From an uncultured Rhodospirillaceae bacterium (GTDB taxonomy: Bacteria; Pseudomonadota; Alphaproteobacteria; Rhodospirillales; UBA2165), in the NCBI GenBank assembly GCA_964611435.1, contig CAZSXT010000010.1, positions 26,336-90,335 of the forward strand: a DNA stretch of 64,000 nucleotides, read 5' to 3'. A model generated the notes under the pieces. It did no database searches, was not told the origin of the DNA, and saw only the letters and a program-made list of their open reading frames with translations. The position numbers and the translations under genes are program-made. Below, piece by piece: positions 28,312 to 39,046 of the stretch (position 1 is its first letter; the number at the start of each line of letters is the position of its first letter).

Positions 28312-28805
28312 TCCAATTTAAACCCGGCTTCGGCAAGCACGACCGAGGTCTCGACTTGCCGGTCGGGGATGGTCCAATAGGTTCTCAACAGCCGGGTCTT
28401 TTCGTCCGGTTCCGTCAGCCGGAAGCCGTGTTTTTCGTAAAAGCCGATTGCCCAGGCCGCCGTCGCCCAGGTGCCGACCAACAGAGGCGCATCCGCCTTC
28501 TCCGTGAGCGCAGCCATCAGACGGGAGCCGACGCCCTTTCCCTGCAGGCTGGTGCAAACATACGCATGGCGGATCAGGCAGACATCCTTGACCCGTTGCA
28601 GGCCCATAACACCGATCAACGCGTCTCCATCGAATTCGCCCAGGAACGCGACACCCGCCGCCATCTCGGATCGCAATTCGTCTTCCGCCATATAGGGATC
28701 GCGCCAACGGTCAGCGGGGATTACACCCCGATAGGCCTCGGCCCCGTCATTGACGACGGCAAGGATGGCGGGGATGTGGGTATCGTTGAGATCGCGGATC
28801 GCCAT
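28308..28805 (-). CDS. GNAT family N-acetyltransferase
   Basis: Acetyl-CoA motif VCTSLQGKGVGSRLM; 165 aa. Confidence 0.85.
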   Translation of the reverse strand: MAIRDLNDTHIPAILAVVNDGAEAYRGVIPADRWRDPYMAEDELRSEMAAGVAFLGEFDGDALIGVMGLQRVKDVCLIRHAYVCTSLQGKGVGSRLMAALTEKADAPLLVGTWATAAWAIGFYEKHGFRLTEPDEKTRLLRTYWTIPDRQVETSVVLAEAGFKLD

Positions 28806-28820
28806 AGATAAGCAATCCCC

Positions 28821-29684
28821 TCAGCTTTTCTCGCTAAATCCGAAGTACAGCTCCCGGGCGCGCTGATAAAGCGGACCCGGCTGCAGGTCTCGGCCGTCCA
28901 GCCGCACGCAGGGCATAACCTTCGAGTAGTTGGCGCTGCTGAACAACTCGTCCGCCTCGGCCAGTTCTTGGTACTCGACAACCCGTTCCTGCACCTCGAT
29001 GCTGTCATCTCGGAGGAGTTGGATCACCCGCTGGCGGGTGATGCCGTTTAGAAAAGTACCGTTTGGTACCGGCGTATGAACGACGCCGTTCTTGGCGAAA
29101 AACAAGTTGGTGTAGGAGAACTCCGCGACGTGGCCGTCCGGGTCCAGGGTGATGCCCGTATCAAAGCCCTTTTGCCGGGCCTCGTTCACCGAGCGGGCCA
29201 CATTGGGATAGAGGCACGAGGCCTTGGCGTTAGTTGGCGCCTGATCGGCCGCCGGCCGCCGAAACGATGACTTGCAAGCGGCGAAGCCCTTGGGTTCCGG
29301 CAGCGGCGCTTCGTAGATGGAGAGCACAAACTTGGTGCTGTCCGGTTCCGGCGTGATGAACCCATCCTGGGCATAATACATGGGGCAGATATACAGTTCC
29401 GCGTCTTCGTCGAATTGGGAAACGCCTTCCCGGGACAGCCGTTCGATTTCCTCACCCGAGAGGGTCGGGATCATACCCAACGCCTCGGCCGAATGATTGA
29501 CCCGGTGACAGTGCCGATCCAGGTCCGGCATTTGTCCGGCGATGGCGCGCGCTCCGTCGAACACCACCGTGCCCAGCCACATGGCCTGGGTGTTGGGGGA
29601 CAGGATCGGCGGGCTGCCCTCGATCCAGTCGCCCTCGAAATACGTACAGGCCGGACGTTCCCGCTTCGGCACTGCCTTGGCCAT
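28821..29684 (-). CDS. Class IV aminotransferase (branched-chain amino acid aminotransferase-like)
   Basis: Fold-type IV pattern (..GVAEFSYTNLFFAKNGVVHTP..GITRQRV..); ATG 29684 preceded by gggagag SD. Confidence 0.8.
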   Translation of the reverse strand: MAKAVPKRERPACTYFEGDWIEGSPPILSPNTQAMWLGTVVFDGARAIAGQMPDLDRHCHRVNHSAEALGMIPTLSGEEIERLSREGVSQFDEDAELYICPMYYAQDGFITPEPDSTKFVLSIYEAPLPEPKGFAACKSSFRRPAADQAPTNAKASCLYPNVARSVNEARQKGFDTGITLDPDGHVAEFSYTNLFFAKNGVVHTPVPNGTFLNGITRQRVIQLLRDDSIEVQERVVEYQELAEADELFSSANYSKVMPCVRLDGRDLQPGPLYQRARELYFGFSEKS

Positions 29685-29726
29685 GGTTCTCTCCCGATTT
29701 GGTCTGCCCACTAGTGATAGCAGGTT

Positions 29727-30182
29727 TTACCGTTGGGCTTCAAAAAACGATTTCAGCAGCCGCACCGATTTCTCCTCTTCCAGTCCGCCAATCACCTCCG
29801 GCGCGTGATGGCAACTCGACGACTGGAAGAGACGCGGGCCGTGATCGATCCCGCCGCCCTTCGGATCATAGGCCCCGAAATAGACCCGCCGTAGCCGGGC
29901 GAAGGAAATTGCCTGCGCGCACATCGGGCATGGTTCCAGGGTCACATAGAGATCGCACTCAGGCAGCCGGGCCTCACCCCGCTTTGACGCCGCCTCGCGA
30001 ATGACCAGCATTTCAGCATGGGCCGTCGGATCGTTGAGTTCCTCCGTACGGTTGCCGGCGGCGGCAATCACCTGGCCCTGATCATCGACAACCACCGCGC
30101 CCACGGGCACTTCGCCCCGCGCGGCCGCCGCCGCCGCCTCGGCCAAGGCCTGATCCATATAGGAAAGAGCGTCATCGTTCAT
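29727..30182 (-). CDS. tadA: tRNA adenosine(34) deaminase
   Basis: CDA zinc motifs HAEMLVIREA and PCPMCAQAI; 151 aa. Confidence 0.93.
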   Translation of the reverse strand: MNDDALSYMDQALAEAAAAAARGEVPVGAVVVDDQGQVIAAAGNRTEELNDPTAHAEMLVIREAASKRGEARLPECDLYVTLEPCPMCAQAISFARLRRVYFGAYDPKGGGIDHGPRLFQSSSCHHAPEVIGGLEEEKSVRLLKSFFEAQR

Positions 30183-30295
30183 GGCGGCAAGGTGGCAGGC
30201 GGGCCCGGTTGTGGCAAGCCGGTCTCTGGTCGGCCGTTCTTTGGCGATTATGTGCGCAGTTGCACCGGTGTGCGGGGACTCCTATAAGGTCGATT

Positions 30296-31018
30296 ATGTC
30301 CAACCCGTCATCACGCCCCGTCATCGGCATCACTCTCGATCATGAAGAACCGGGGGGCTATTCCAAATTTCCGTGGTATGCGCTCCGGGAGAACTATGCC
30401 AGTGTCGTGACCAAGGCTGGCGGATTGCCCCTGGTCCTGCCCCATGAGCCGGAGCTGGTGGAGGCTTTCCTGGATCGGATCGACGGTCTGATTGTTACCG
30501 GCGGTGCGTTCGACGTGGACCCGGCGCTTTACGGCGGCGGCCCGGTCCATGAGACGGTGACCCTAAAATCCCGCCGCACCGATTTCGAATTCGGCATCAC
30601 CCGCGGCGCGCTCGATCGGGATATGCCGGTTCTAGGCATCTGCGGCGGACAGCAGTTGTTGAACGTGGTGTTGGGCGGCACGTTGATCCAGCACATCCCG
30701 GATACGGTGCAAAACGCCCTCGCCCATGAGCAGCCCAACCCAAGGGACGAACCGGGGCATCCGGTGGCGATCACCGAGGGCACCCAGTTGCACAGCATCG
30801 TCGGCACGGCGGAGATGAACGTGAACTCCGCCCATCATCAGGCGGTCGAGGCGGTGGCGGACGGGACCGTGATCAATGCCGTTGCGCCTGACGGGGTTAT
30901 CGAAGGGATCGAGGCACCGGCGTACACATTCTGTATCGGGGTGCAATGGCACCCGGAGTTCGAAATCGATCCGGGCGACCTCGCCCTCATCAAGGCGTTT
31001 GTCCATGCCGCCGGATAA
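30296..31018 (+). CDS. Class I glutamine amidotransferase, peptidase C26 / gamma-glutamyl-GABA hydrolase-like
   Basis: PVIGITLD..., catalytic GICGGQQLLN, VQWHPE. Confidence 0.85.
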   Translation: MSNPSSRPVIGITLDHEEPGGYSKFPWYALRENYASVVTKAGGLPLVLPHEPELVEAFLDRIDGLIVTGGAFDVDPALYGGGPVHETVTLKSRRTDFEFGITRGALDRDMPVLGICGGQQLLNVVLGGTLIQHIPDTVQNALAHEQPNPRDEPGHPVAITEGTQLHSIVGTAEMNVNSAHHQAVEAVADGTVINAVAPDGVIEGIEAPAYTFCIGVQWHPEFEIDPGDLALIKAFVHAAG

Positions 31019-31778
31019 ACCTACAGATCAAGAAAAGGGTGAACGGATCGCCAAGGTGATCGCCCGGGCGGGCCTCTGTTCCCGCCGGGAAGCGGAGCGC
31101 TGGATCACCGATGGCCGGGTCAAAGTGGACGGCAAGGTGCTGGACAGCCCAGCTATCACGGTCACCGCAAAAAACAATGTTCTGGTGGATGGTAAACCAC
31201 TGCCGGAAAAAGACGACACACGACTCTGGCGATATCACAAGCCGTCAGGTCTGTTGACCACCAACAATGATCCGAAAGGCCGCGCGACCATCTTCGAGAA
31301 GCTGCCGGAAACCCTGCCCCGGCTGATCAGTGTGGGGCGATTGGATCTCAACTCTGAAGGGTTGCTGCTACTGACCAACGACGGGGAACTGGCGCGGCGG
31401 CTCGAACTGCCGGCCACCGGCTGGGTGCGGCGCTACCGGGTGCGGGTGCACGGCCGGGTGGATCAGGAGGCGCTGGCGAAGCTGGAGAACGGCATCGAGG
31501 TAGACGGCGTAAAATACGGCTCCATCAAGGCAACCCTGGACCGCCAGCAAGGGGCCAATGCCTGGCTGACGGTCGGATTGGCGGAAGGCAAGAACCGCGA
31601 AGTACGGAAGGTGATGGAGCATCTGGGCCTGCCGGTCAGCCGGCTGATCCGCATTGCCTATGGGCCGTTTCAACTCGGGAATTTGAGCCGGGGCGAGGTG
31701 GAGGAGGTCCGGCGGAAAACGCTCCGCGAACAATTGGGTCTGGAGCGCAAACATGCGCATCGTCGGCGGAAGTCTTAG
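31005..31778 (+). CDS. rluB: Pseudouridine synthase, RsuA/RluB family
   Basis: S4 domain RIAKVIARAGLCSRREAERWI; catalytic GRLDLNSEGLLLLTNDG; basic C-terminal tail. Confidence 0.85.
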   Translation: MPPDKPTDQEKGERIAKVIARAGLCSRREAERWITDGRVKVDGKVLDSPAITVTAKNNVLVDGKPLPEKDDTRLWRYHKPSGLLTTNNDPKGRATIFEKLPETLPRLISVGRLDLNSEGLLLLTNDGELARRLELPATGWVRRYRVRVHGRVDQEALAKLENGIEVDGVKYGSIKATLDRQQGANAWLTVGLAEGKNREVRKVMEHLGLPVSRLIRIAYGPFQLGNLSRGEVEEVRRKTLREQLGLERKHAHRRRKS

Positions 31779-32310
31779 GGGCCGGCCCCTCGCAGCACCC
31801 AAGGGCCGGGATACAAGACCAACCTCGGACCGGGCGCGGGAGGGCGTATTTAACATCCTGGCCCACGGCGAAGACGTGAATTTCGGGGACTTATTCGTTA
31901 TCGATCTGTTCGCCGGTGCCGGCGCGATGGGGATCGAGGCCATATCCCGGGGTGCGGCGCAGATCCTGTTCGTGGACAGTAGCCGGGTGGCCCGGACGGT
32001 CATTGACGAAAATGTGAACAGACTTGGCGTTGCCGATCAGACGGCGGTCGAAGCCTGGGACGGCGCCCGGCTGCCGGACCGCCCGGACCGTTATCCGCCG
32101 GCTGGGCTGGTGTTTCTCGACCCGCCCTACGGCAAAGGGCTGATCCTCCCGGCCCTAAACGCCTTGGTTTCCGGGGCCTGGCTGGCCGAGAAAGCCACAG
32201 TAGTGGTTGAGTCCGGGAACAAAGAGGACCTCCCATGTCCGCCGGGGTTCAGTCAAGTGAACGAGCGGGCCTACGGCGAAGCGTATTTCCGTTTTTTGAC
32301 GCTTGCTTAA
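31753..32310 (+). CDS. rsmD: 16S rRNA (guanine966-N2)-methyltransferase
   Basis: MRIVGGSLRGRPL...RPTSDRAREGVFNIL...DLFAGAGAMGIEAISRGA...FLDPPY. Confidence 0.93.
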   Translation: MRIVGGSLRGRPLAAPKGRDTRPTSDRAREGVFNILAHGEDVNFGDLFVIDLFAGAGAMGIEAISRGAAQILFVDSSRVARTVIDENVNRLGVADQTAVEAWDGARLPDRPDRYPPAGLVFLDPPYGKGLILPALNALVSGAWLAEKATVVVESGNKEDLPCPPGFSQVNERAYGEAYFRFLTLA

Positions 32311-32454
32311 CCCCTCCCCGCGCATATCAGATATTCGTGAATGACGGAGACGGACACTTGCGAAAAGTCCTTTATCTTTTAAGTGAAGAGGATCACATAC
32401 AGATAGAATCGAATCGATCATGTCTGCCGTCTCGGAATGAAGAGGATCTAAGAA

Positions 32455-32967
32455 ATGAAACAGTTGATGACCGTTTTGGCGGCGTTTTGGGTGATGATGG
32501 CGGTAACGCCGATCGCGGACGCGCAGGCTTCTTCTCGCACCGGCGGCGTAGATGATACATGTACGGCCCGGATCGAGTTTCCCGACGGTAAGGAAGAACT
32601 GTCCCTGCAGGACGTGCGCCACGCGGTGGCGGTTCATCTGCAACGCATTGGTTTGGTGCAGCTCAAGCCGACTTATGCAGAAGGGGACGACGGACTCGTC
32701 GTGGTTGACCTCCGCTCTCCCAAGGGTGTTTTGTTGCGCCGTCTTGAGATTGATCGGGCAAATGCCGAGGTCGTCAGCAATCAGGCCTTTCGCCGGTCGG
32801 TCCTGACGGCGGCGGCCGGTCACTCCAAGCAGTTGGACACTGAAACCGACTATCAGCGGCGATTACGCCGCCACATGTTGGGCGATGGCAAGTCCTGGGG
32901 CGCCTGGATCGGAGAGAAAGGCGGGTGCGCGGATGATTACGAATTCGGCGCACCGGACATTAAATAA
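32455..32967 (+). CDS. Secreted hypothetical protein
   Basis: Signal peptide MKQLMTVLAAFWVMMAVTPIADA/QAS; SD gagga 8 nt upstream; no family recognised. Confidence 0.55.
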   Translation: MKQLMTVLAAFWVMMAVTPIADAQASSRTGGVDDTCTARIEFPDGKEELSLQDVRHAVAVHLQRIGLVQLKPTYAEGDDGLVVVDLRSPKGVLLRRLEIDRANAEVVSNQAFRRSVLTAAAGHSKQLDTETDYQRRLRRHMLGDGKSWGAWIGEKGGCADDYEFGAPDIK

Positions 32968-32984
32968 CCGGATCAGGTAACCGT

Positions 32985-34805
32985 TTAGCGGCGTCCGAAA
33001 AGCTTCTCGATATCAGCGAGCTTGAGTTCCACATAGGTGGGCCGGCCATGATTGCACTGTCCTGAGTGCGGCGTGGCCTCCATCTGGCGTAAGAGGCTGT
33101 TCATCTCATCTCCATTGAGACGCCGGCCGGCCCGCACGCTGCCGTGGCAGGCCATGGTCGAACAGACATCCTCCAGCCGGCCTTTGAGCCCCAAGGCGGC
33201 GTCGAACTCCGCCAGATCATCCGCCAAATCACGGATAAGCCCCGGCACGTCAATTTCCCCCAACAATGCGGGGGTTTCACGCACCACCACGGCGCCTGGG
33301 CCGAACGGCTCGACCACCAGCCCCAATTCCGCCAACTCGTCCAGATGCGCCGCAATGCGGTCCGCTGCCGGTTCGTCCAGCTCCACTACTTCAGGGATCA
33401 AGAGGCCCTGGCGTTTAACCCCGCCGGCCGCCATCGCCGTCTTCATGCTTTCATAGACCAACCGCTCATGAGCCGCGTGTTGATCGACGATGACTATGCC
33501 GTCGCCGGTTTGCGCCACCACATAGGTCTCATGCACCTGCGCCCGTGCAACGCCAAGTGGATAGTCGACTGGCGCTTCCGCTTCCGCGGCGCTATCACGC
33601 TCCAACACGACGGTCTCCGCGCCCGGGGCGGCGGAGGGCTGCGCGTCAAAATGAGTTAGAGGCGCCTGAAAACCTCGCCCTGATTCAGCCAAGCCGTAAG
33701 AGGGTCTTGAACCCGGCGGCGATGCGTAGGCCAGTCCCCCCTGATGGGGCCGAAATGCGCCGAGCGCGGCATTGGCCACGGTGGTGGACGCCCGGTGACC
33801 AGCGTCGGCCAGGGCATGTTTGAGGGCGCTGACAATCAATCCCCGGACCAGCCCCGGGTCCCGAAACCGCACCTCGGTCTTGGCCGGATGCACATTCACA
33901 TCGACCGTGTCCGGGGGCAATTCCAGGAACAGCGCCAGCAACGGGTGCCGGTCATGAGCCAGAAAATCCCGATACGCGCCCCGTACCGCCCCAAATAAAA
34001 GTTTGTCGCGGACTGGCCGGCCGTTGACGAACAGGAACTGCAGTGCCGCGTTTCCCCGGTTGAGGGTCGGCAGGCCCGCATGTCCGGTAAGACGGATTCC
34101 TTCGCGCTCGGCATCAATCTCCAACGCATTGGCGGCGAAGTCATTGCTCATGATCCCGCCCAGCCGTTCCAGCCGCGCCGCGTTCTCGTCGTCCACCAGC
34201 GGCGGACAGGCGGGCAGGTTGATTACCTGGCGGCCATCATCGACAAGACGAAAGGCGATTTCCGGATGGGCCATGGCGAGGCGCTTGATCGTGTCCTGGG
34301 CGTGGCCGGATTCGGTCCGGGGTGTTTTCAGGAACTTCAACCGTGCCGGCGTGGCGAAGAAAATGTCCCGCACTTCGACCGTGGTGCCAGGCGGATGCGA
34401 CGCCGGCGCCGGCGGCGTCTTGGCGCCGCCGTTGATCTCTATTTTCCAGGCGCTGTCGCCGTCCTGTGTCCGGCTGGTCATGGTGAAGCGGCTGACCGAG
34501 GCGATCGACGGCAGCGCCTCGCCCCGGAAGCCGAGGGTGACAATGTGCTCCAGATCATCTTCCGGCAGTTTGGAGGTCGCATGACGTTCCACCGCCAGGT
34601 CCAGTTCCTCCGGCGTCATGCCTTGCCCATCGTCGGAAACCGACAAGAAAGTCCGGCCGCCGTCCCGCAACTCCACCTCGATCCGGCGCGCGCCGGCGTC
34701 GATGCTGTTCTCCACCAACTCCTTGATGGCGGAGGCCGGGCGTTCGACGACTTCGCCGGCGGCGATACGGTTGACCGTGGTGGAAGGCAGCAGCCGGATC
34801 GTCAT
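32985..34805 (-). CDS. mutL: DNA mismatch repair protein MutL
   Basis: [40 protein letters not shown] ATPase N-terminus; C-terminal CNHGRPT endonuclease-domain motif. Confidence 0.96.
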   Translation of the reverse strand: MTIRLLPSTTVNRIAAGEVVERPASAIKELVENSIDAGARRIEVELRDGGRTFLSVSDDGQGMTPEELDLAVERHATSKLPEDDLEHIVTLGFRGEALPSIASVSRFTMTSRTQDGDSAWKIEINGGAKTPPAPASHPPGTTVEVRDIFFATPARLKFLKTPRTESGHAQDTIKRLAMAHPEIAFRLVDDGRQVINLPACPPLVDDENAARLERLGGIMSNDFAANALEIDAEREGIRLTGHAGLPTLNRGNAALQFLFVNGRPVRDKLLFGAVRGAYRDFLAHDRHPLLALFLELPPDTVDVNVHPAKTEVRFRDPGLVRGLIVSALKHALADAGHRASTTVANAALGAFRPHQGGLAYASPPGSRPSYGLAESGRGFQAPLTHFDAQPSAAPGAETVVLERDSAAEAEAPVDYPLGVARAQVHETYVVAQTGDGIVIVDQHAAHERLVYESMKTAMAAGGVKRQGLLIPEVVELDEPAADRIAAHLDELAELGLVVEPFGPGAVVVRETPALLGEIDVPGLIRDLADDLAEFDAALGLKGRLEDVCSTMACHGSVRAGRRLNGDEMNSLLRQMEATPHSGQCNHGRPTYVELKLADIEKLFGRR

Positions 34806-36106
34806 GGGCGGGGCAACTCCCGCATCAGTCTTCTTGTCAGTTCCTTGCCCTCCTCGACGGCTGGCTGGCCAAAGGGGTTCACGCTCATCAGACGCGCGGC
34901 GATGATCGTCTCTAGAATGAAGTGCATCATCAACGCACCCGTCGCCCGTTCATCGACCCCGGCAATTTCCAGCGTGCGGACCGGGCAACCCCTGGCCGCC
35001 AGCGTCGTCGCCGTTGCCGATTGTTCCGCCGCCATGAGGTCCCCCATCCGGCGTCCCGACAGATAATCGAGGGCGGGATCATCGGCAAGGTCTTGGGGCA
35101 CCTGACCGCCCTGACCAGCGGTATTCGGCAGAATCAGGGTGAACAGCTTGTCTCGCGGCCCGTCCAGGTAGAGCTGCAGCTGGCTGTGCTGATCCACCGT
35201 ACCCAATGCATCCACCGGTAACGTTCCCTGCCCGTCCTTACCCAGACTTTCCGCCCAAAGCTGACGGAACCATTTGCCGAACGGGGCCAGCCGGTCGCTA
35301 TAAGGCATAAGGACGGCAGCCCGGCTGTCTTTCTGTTGTTGCAGGCCCACATTGACAGCGCCGCCAATGGCGGGCGGACAATTCTCGGCCGCCCCGGCGC
35401 ACGTCGCCACAACCGAGGCCGCGCCTTCCCGGACCGCGTCTATATCCACACCTGCGATCATCGCCGGTAAAAGCCCGACCAGAGACAGGGCTGAAAATCT
35501 GCCGCCAACGTTCGGGTCGTGATCCAGAATGCACATGCCCTGGCCTTCTCCGATGGCCCGCAATGGCCGGTTGCCCGGTTGGGTGATCAGGGTGAAATGT
35601 CCGAGCGCCTGATCTTTCAGCGTTTGCCGGAACACATCCATGCTATAGAGAAACTGCGCCATGGTCTCGGCGGTGCCGCCGGATTTGGAGATTACCAAAA
35701 ACCCGGTCCGCTCCGGCGAGACGGCGTTGAACAAATGTTCAAATGAAACGGGATCGACATTATCCATAAAGTGCAGCCGGGGCCGAGACAGCGCCTCGCC
35801 CAGGGCCGGCGGGGCAAGAGCGGCAAGCGTTGCGCCACCCAGACTGGAGCCGCCGGTACCGAGAACGACAACATCATCGAATGACTCCGAATAGCGTTCC
35901 GCAACGTCTTCTGCCGCCGATAAATCACAATCAGGCGTCGTCAGACCGGTAATGGCATCGACCTCCGGATTGCCGCCGCCGCTGATTTCGGACAGCGCGG
36001 CTTGGGTCTCGGCTAACAGAGTTTCAAAGGCCGCCGACTCCAAGCCGGTCCCGCCGATTGCGTCGGCGAGGCAGGTCTCGATGGATTGATGATAGGCCAG
36101 CGGCAT
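34802..36106 (-). CDS. pgi: Glucose-6-phosphate isomerase (short form)
   Basis: SIS-domain pattern [30 protein letters not shown]; 434 aa; stop overlaps the mutL start (ATGA). Confidence 0.88.
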   Translation of the reverse strand: MPLAYHQSIETCLADAIGGTGLESAAFETLLAETQAALSEISGGGNPEVDAITGLTTPDCDLSAAEDVAERYSESFDDVVVLGTGGSSLGGATLAALAPPALGEALSRPRLHFMDNVDPVSFEHLFNAVSPERTGFLVISKSGGTAETMAQFLYSMDVFRQTLKDQALGHFTLITQPGNRPLRAIGEGQGMCILDHDPNVGGRFSALSLVGLLPAMIAGVDIDAVREGAASVVATCAGAAENCPPAIGGAVNVGLQQQKDSRAAVLMPYSDRLAPFGKWFRQLWAESLGKDGQGTLPVDALGTVDQHSQLQLYLDGPRDKLFTLILPNTAGQGGQVPQDLADDPALDYLSGRRMGDLMAAEQSATATTLAARGCPVRTLEIAGVDERATGALMMHFILETIIAARLMSVNPFGQPAVEEGKELTRRLMRELPRP

Positions 36107-36214
36107 GACGCCTTCCCGGGTGAGGTGCTTGAGTTCCGCGACCCTAACATACCCGTGGGAACCGCAACCACCCCGCGCCCGGCGGCTGGGAAGGCGTTCT
36201 TTAAGTTATTGGAA

Positions 36215-37543
36215 TTACTGGCCTTGCGAGGTAACACCGGCGGGCCGGCCGACCACCACCGTGGTTAGGCCATCTGGTTTCAGAAGCTTTTTCGCGACTC
36301 GATTCACATCCACCAAAGTGACTGCCTGGATAAATCCGTTGCGTTTGTCGATATAATCGATCCCCAGCTTCTCAAGCTGAATGCCCGTCAACATACCGGC
36401 GATCCGGCGGCTGGAAGAAAACCTGAGCGCATAGGAGCCGGTGAGATGGAGTTTTGCATCCGCAAGTTCTTGAGCCGATAGACCGGCATCCGCCATACGT
36501 TTCCATTCGCCCTGCATGATCTTAATCGTCTCGGCCGCTCTGGCATTTGCCGTCCCCGCGCCACCCATGACCAGCGCCGAATGGTTGAACGGGAGGAGGT
36601 AACTCCAGGCGGAATAGGCGAGGCCCCGTTTCTCCCGTACTTCTTCATAGAGCCGGGATTCGAATCCGCCGCCGCCCAGCACATAGTTCATCACATAGGC
36701 AGCGAAGAAGTCCGGATCATCGCGTTTAATGCCCGGCTGGCCGAACCGGATCAGGCTCTGCGGAATATCTTTATCTATGACGATGGTCCTGCCTTTATCC
36801 GGCGCAGATGCTTCCTCCAGGGTCCAGGGGCTCGCCTTGGCCGGCAATGGCCCGAACGTGGCGTCAATAACCGCAGCCAGTTCCGATGGCGAGATATCCC
36901 CGACCACGGAGATGACAAGGTTATCGCGCGCCATCCGCTCGGCGACGAAAACCTTCAGGTCCGCCAGTTTGATCAACGGCACACTTTCCAGCGTGCCCCG
37001 GCTGGGCCGGCCGTAGGGATGGTTCGGGAAAAAAGCCTTCATCAATTCCCGCCCGGCGATCCGGTTCGGATTCTCCGAGCTTCGGCGAAGGCCTGACAGA
37101 ATTTGTCCGCGTATACGTTCGACCGCATCGGAGTCAAAACGGGGGTTCGTTATGGCCAACCGGAGGAGTTCAAACGCCCGGTCCTTATTGCGGGTCAGGG
37201 TACGTAGCGAGCCGGAGAACCGGTCCCGGCTCGACTCGAAACTCAGGGAAATGGCCAAATCCTCCAACGCCCGCTGAAACGCCTGGCTGTCCAATTCACC
37301 GGCGCCCTCATCCAAGGTAGAGGCGACCAGGTTGGCCAAGCCTTCCTTTCCGGCCGGGTCCAGGGTCGCGCCGCCCCGCCAGGCGAAATTCACGGTGATG
37401 ATGGGATTGCAATGATCTTCGACCAGCCAAGCGCTTACCCCCAGCTTGGATTTGACTTCCTTGATCTCAATGGCGAATGACGGCGCCGCCATCAGCAGGC
37501 AAACCACGAGAACAGCAACAAACCTGAAGAGATTCCGCAGCAT
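36215..37543 (-). CDS. M16 family peptidase-like protein, non-catalytic partner (no HxxEH)
   Basis: Signal peptide MLRNLFRFVAVLVVCLLMAAPSFA; insulinase-fold sequence lacking the zinc motif. Confidence 0.8.
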   Translation of the reverse strand: MLRNLFRFVAVLVVCLLMAAPSFAIEIKEVKSKLGVSAWLVEDHCNPIITVNFAWRGGATLDPAGKEGLANLVASTLDEGAGELDSQAFQRALEDLAISLSFESSRDRFSGSLRTLTRNKDRAFELLRLAITNPRFDSDAVERIRGQILSGLRRSSENPNRIAGRELMKAFFPNHPYGRPSRGTLESVPLIKLADLKVFVAERMARDNLVISVVGDISPSELAAVIDATFGPLPAKASPWTLEEASAPDKGRTIVIDKDIPQSLIRFGQPGIKRDDPDFFAAYVMNYVLGGGGFESRLYEEVREKRGLAYSAWSYLLPFNHSALVMGGAGTANARAAETIKIMQGEWKRMADAGLSAQELADAKLHLTGSYALRFSSSRRIAGMLTGIQLEKLGIDYIDKRNGFIQAVTLVDVNRVAKKLLKPDGLTTVVVGRPAGVTSQGQ

Positions 37544-37546
37544 GGC

Positions 37547-38899
37547 CTAACCTCCGTTAGCGTCTTTTTTGACCGGCGGCAGCAACAGCCCGGTCGTCGA
37601 TTGGCGTTTGATGAACACGGCCTTCGCCGCGTCATGCACTTGCGGTACGGTCACCTTGCCGATCCGTTCCGGCCATTCCTCGACGTCCGCGATGGTTTGT
37701 CCCGATGTCAGCGCGGCGCCGAGAACTCTCGCGCCGGCGCCAATACTGTCGCGGGCATAGATGGCCTCGGCCTGCATGCTGATCTTGGCGCGCGCGACTT
37801 CATTGGCGTCCACGCCTTTTTCCAGCAAGGCCTCAATTTCGGTTTCTATCTCGGTCTCTAACTTCTCCATGGGTGTGCCGGGCGCGGGCGTCGCGGCAAT
37901 GTAGAAGGTGCTGGGACCGAGGCCATCCGAATCGTAATAGGTGCGCACCGAAACGGCGATTTTCTTATCGATGACCAGAGACTTGTAGAGCTGGCTCGTG
38001 GCCCCGCCGCCAAATACCTGGGCAAGAATCTGCAGCGGATATAGATGCCGTTTGTCGCCCCAACCATGGCTTGGCGCGAGGTAGGCGCGCCGCCAGCTCG
38101 GCTGACGCACTCTCGGGTCCCGCAGCACGACCCGCCTGGCGGCGTTGTGCGGCGGTTCCTGTGGACGAACGCGCGGCGGCACCTCGCCGGCCGGGATTAC
38201 ACCGTAGATTTTCTCGGCCAGGGGTTTGAGTTTCTCAACCGTGATGTCGCCATCCACCACCAGGATCGCGTTGTTAGGACGGTAATACGTGTCATAGAAC
38301 TTTTTCAGATCGCCGATGGTCAACGCCTTTATTTCGTGGGCCCAGCCGATCACCGGATCGCGGTAGGGGTAATTGAGATACATGGCCGCATTGAACTGTT
38401 CGGAGAGTTTGGCGCTAGGGGAATTGTCCACGCGGGACCGGCGTTCCTCCAGCACGACCTGCCGTTCGGGCTCTACTTGCTCCGCCTCGAAGATCAGGTT
38501 GCGCATCCGGCCGGCTTCCAGTTTCATGACGGTTTCCAGCCGGCCCACGGCCACCGTCTGGTGATAGCCGGTATAATCATAAGACGTGAAGGCGTTGTCG
38601 CGCCCGCCGTTGCGCGCCACGATTCGGGAAAACTCGCCCGATTTCAGATTTTTGGTTGCCTTGAACATCAGATGTTCAAAAAAATGTGCAATGCCCGATT
38701 TGCCCGCCGGCTCATCCGCAGAACCCACCTTGTACCAGACCATATGGCGGACGATGGGGGCGCGATGATTGGAAATCACCACCACCTGCATGCCGTTGGA
38801 TAGGGTAAAGGATTTCGGGTTGAAGACGGCGCTATGGCCGTCAACGGACGTTAATGCGAGAAAAAAGAGAGTTAGGCAGGACAGGCAAACTCGGCGCAT
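37547..38899 (-). CDS. M16 family zinc peptidase (catalytic subunit)
   Basis: Inverted zinc motif HFFEHLMFK; signal peptide MRRVCLSCLTLFFLALTSVDGHSA from ATG 38899. Confidence 0.88.
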   Translation of the reverse strand: MRRVCLSCLTLFFLALTSVDGHSAVFNPKSFTLSNGMQVVVISNHRAPIVRHMVWYKVGSADEPAGKSGIAHFFEHLMFKATKNLKSGEFSRIVARNGGRDNAFTSYDYTGYHQTVAVGRLETVMKLEAGRMRNLIFEAEQVEPERQVVLEERRSRVDNSPSAKLSEQFNAAMYLNYPYRDPVIGWAHEIKALTIGDLKKFYDTYYRPNNAILVVDGDITVEKLKPLAEKIYGVIPAGEVPPRVRPQEPPHNAARRVVLRDPRVRQPSWRRAYLAPSHGWGDKRHLYPLQILAQVFGGGATSQLYKSLVIDKKIAVSVRTYYDSDGLGPSTFYIAATPAPGTPMEKLETEIETEIEALLEKGVDANEVARAKISMQAEAIYARDSIGAGARVLGAALTSGQTIADVEEWPERIGKVTVPQVHDAAKAVFIKRQSTTGLLLPPVKKDANGG

Positions 38900-39046
38900 G
38901 GTCGGCGTTCCATGGTTAACAGGCGATATCCAGGCTAACGAGCCAATTCGCAGGTCCCGTCGGCTTCTCTTCGAATATAGTCTGGATTGTTGCGGCGCAA
39001 GTGACTCTCGCATCAATGTGATGCGAAACGCCTCGCAAACTCGTCG

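Noticed and set aside
39008-39026. Perfect palindrome tcgcatca-atg-tgatgcga between the DUF3035 and M16 genes
   Set aside because: It could be an operator or a weak terminator, but there is no T-tract, no second copy in the window and no adjacent regulator. It is mentioned under the lspA/M16 finding only.
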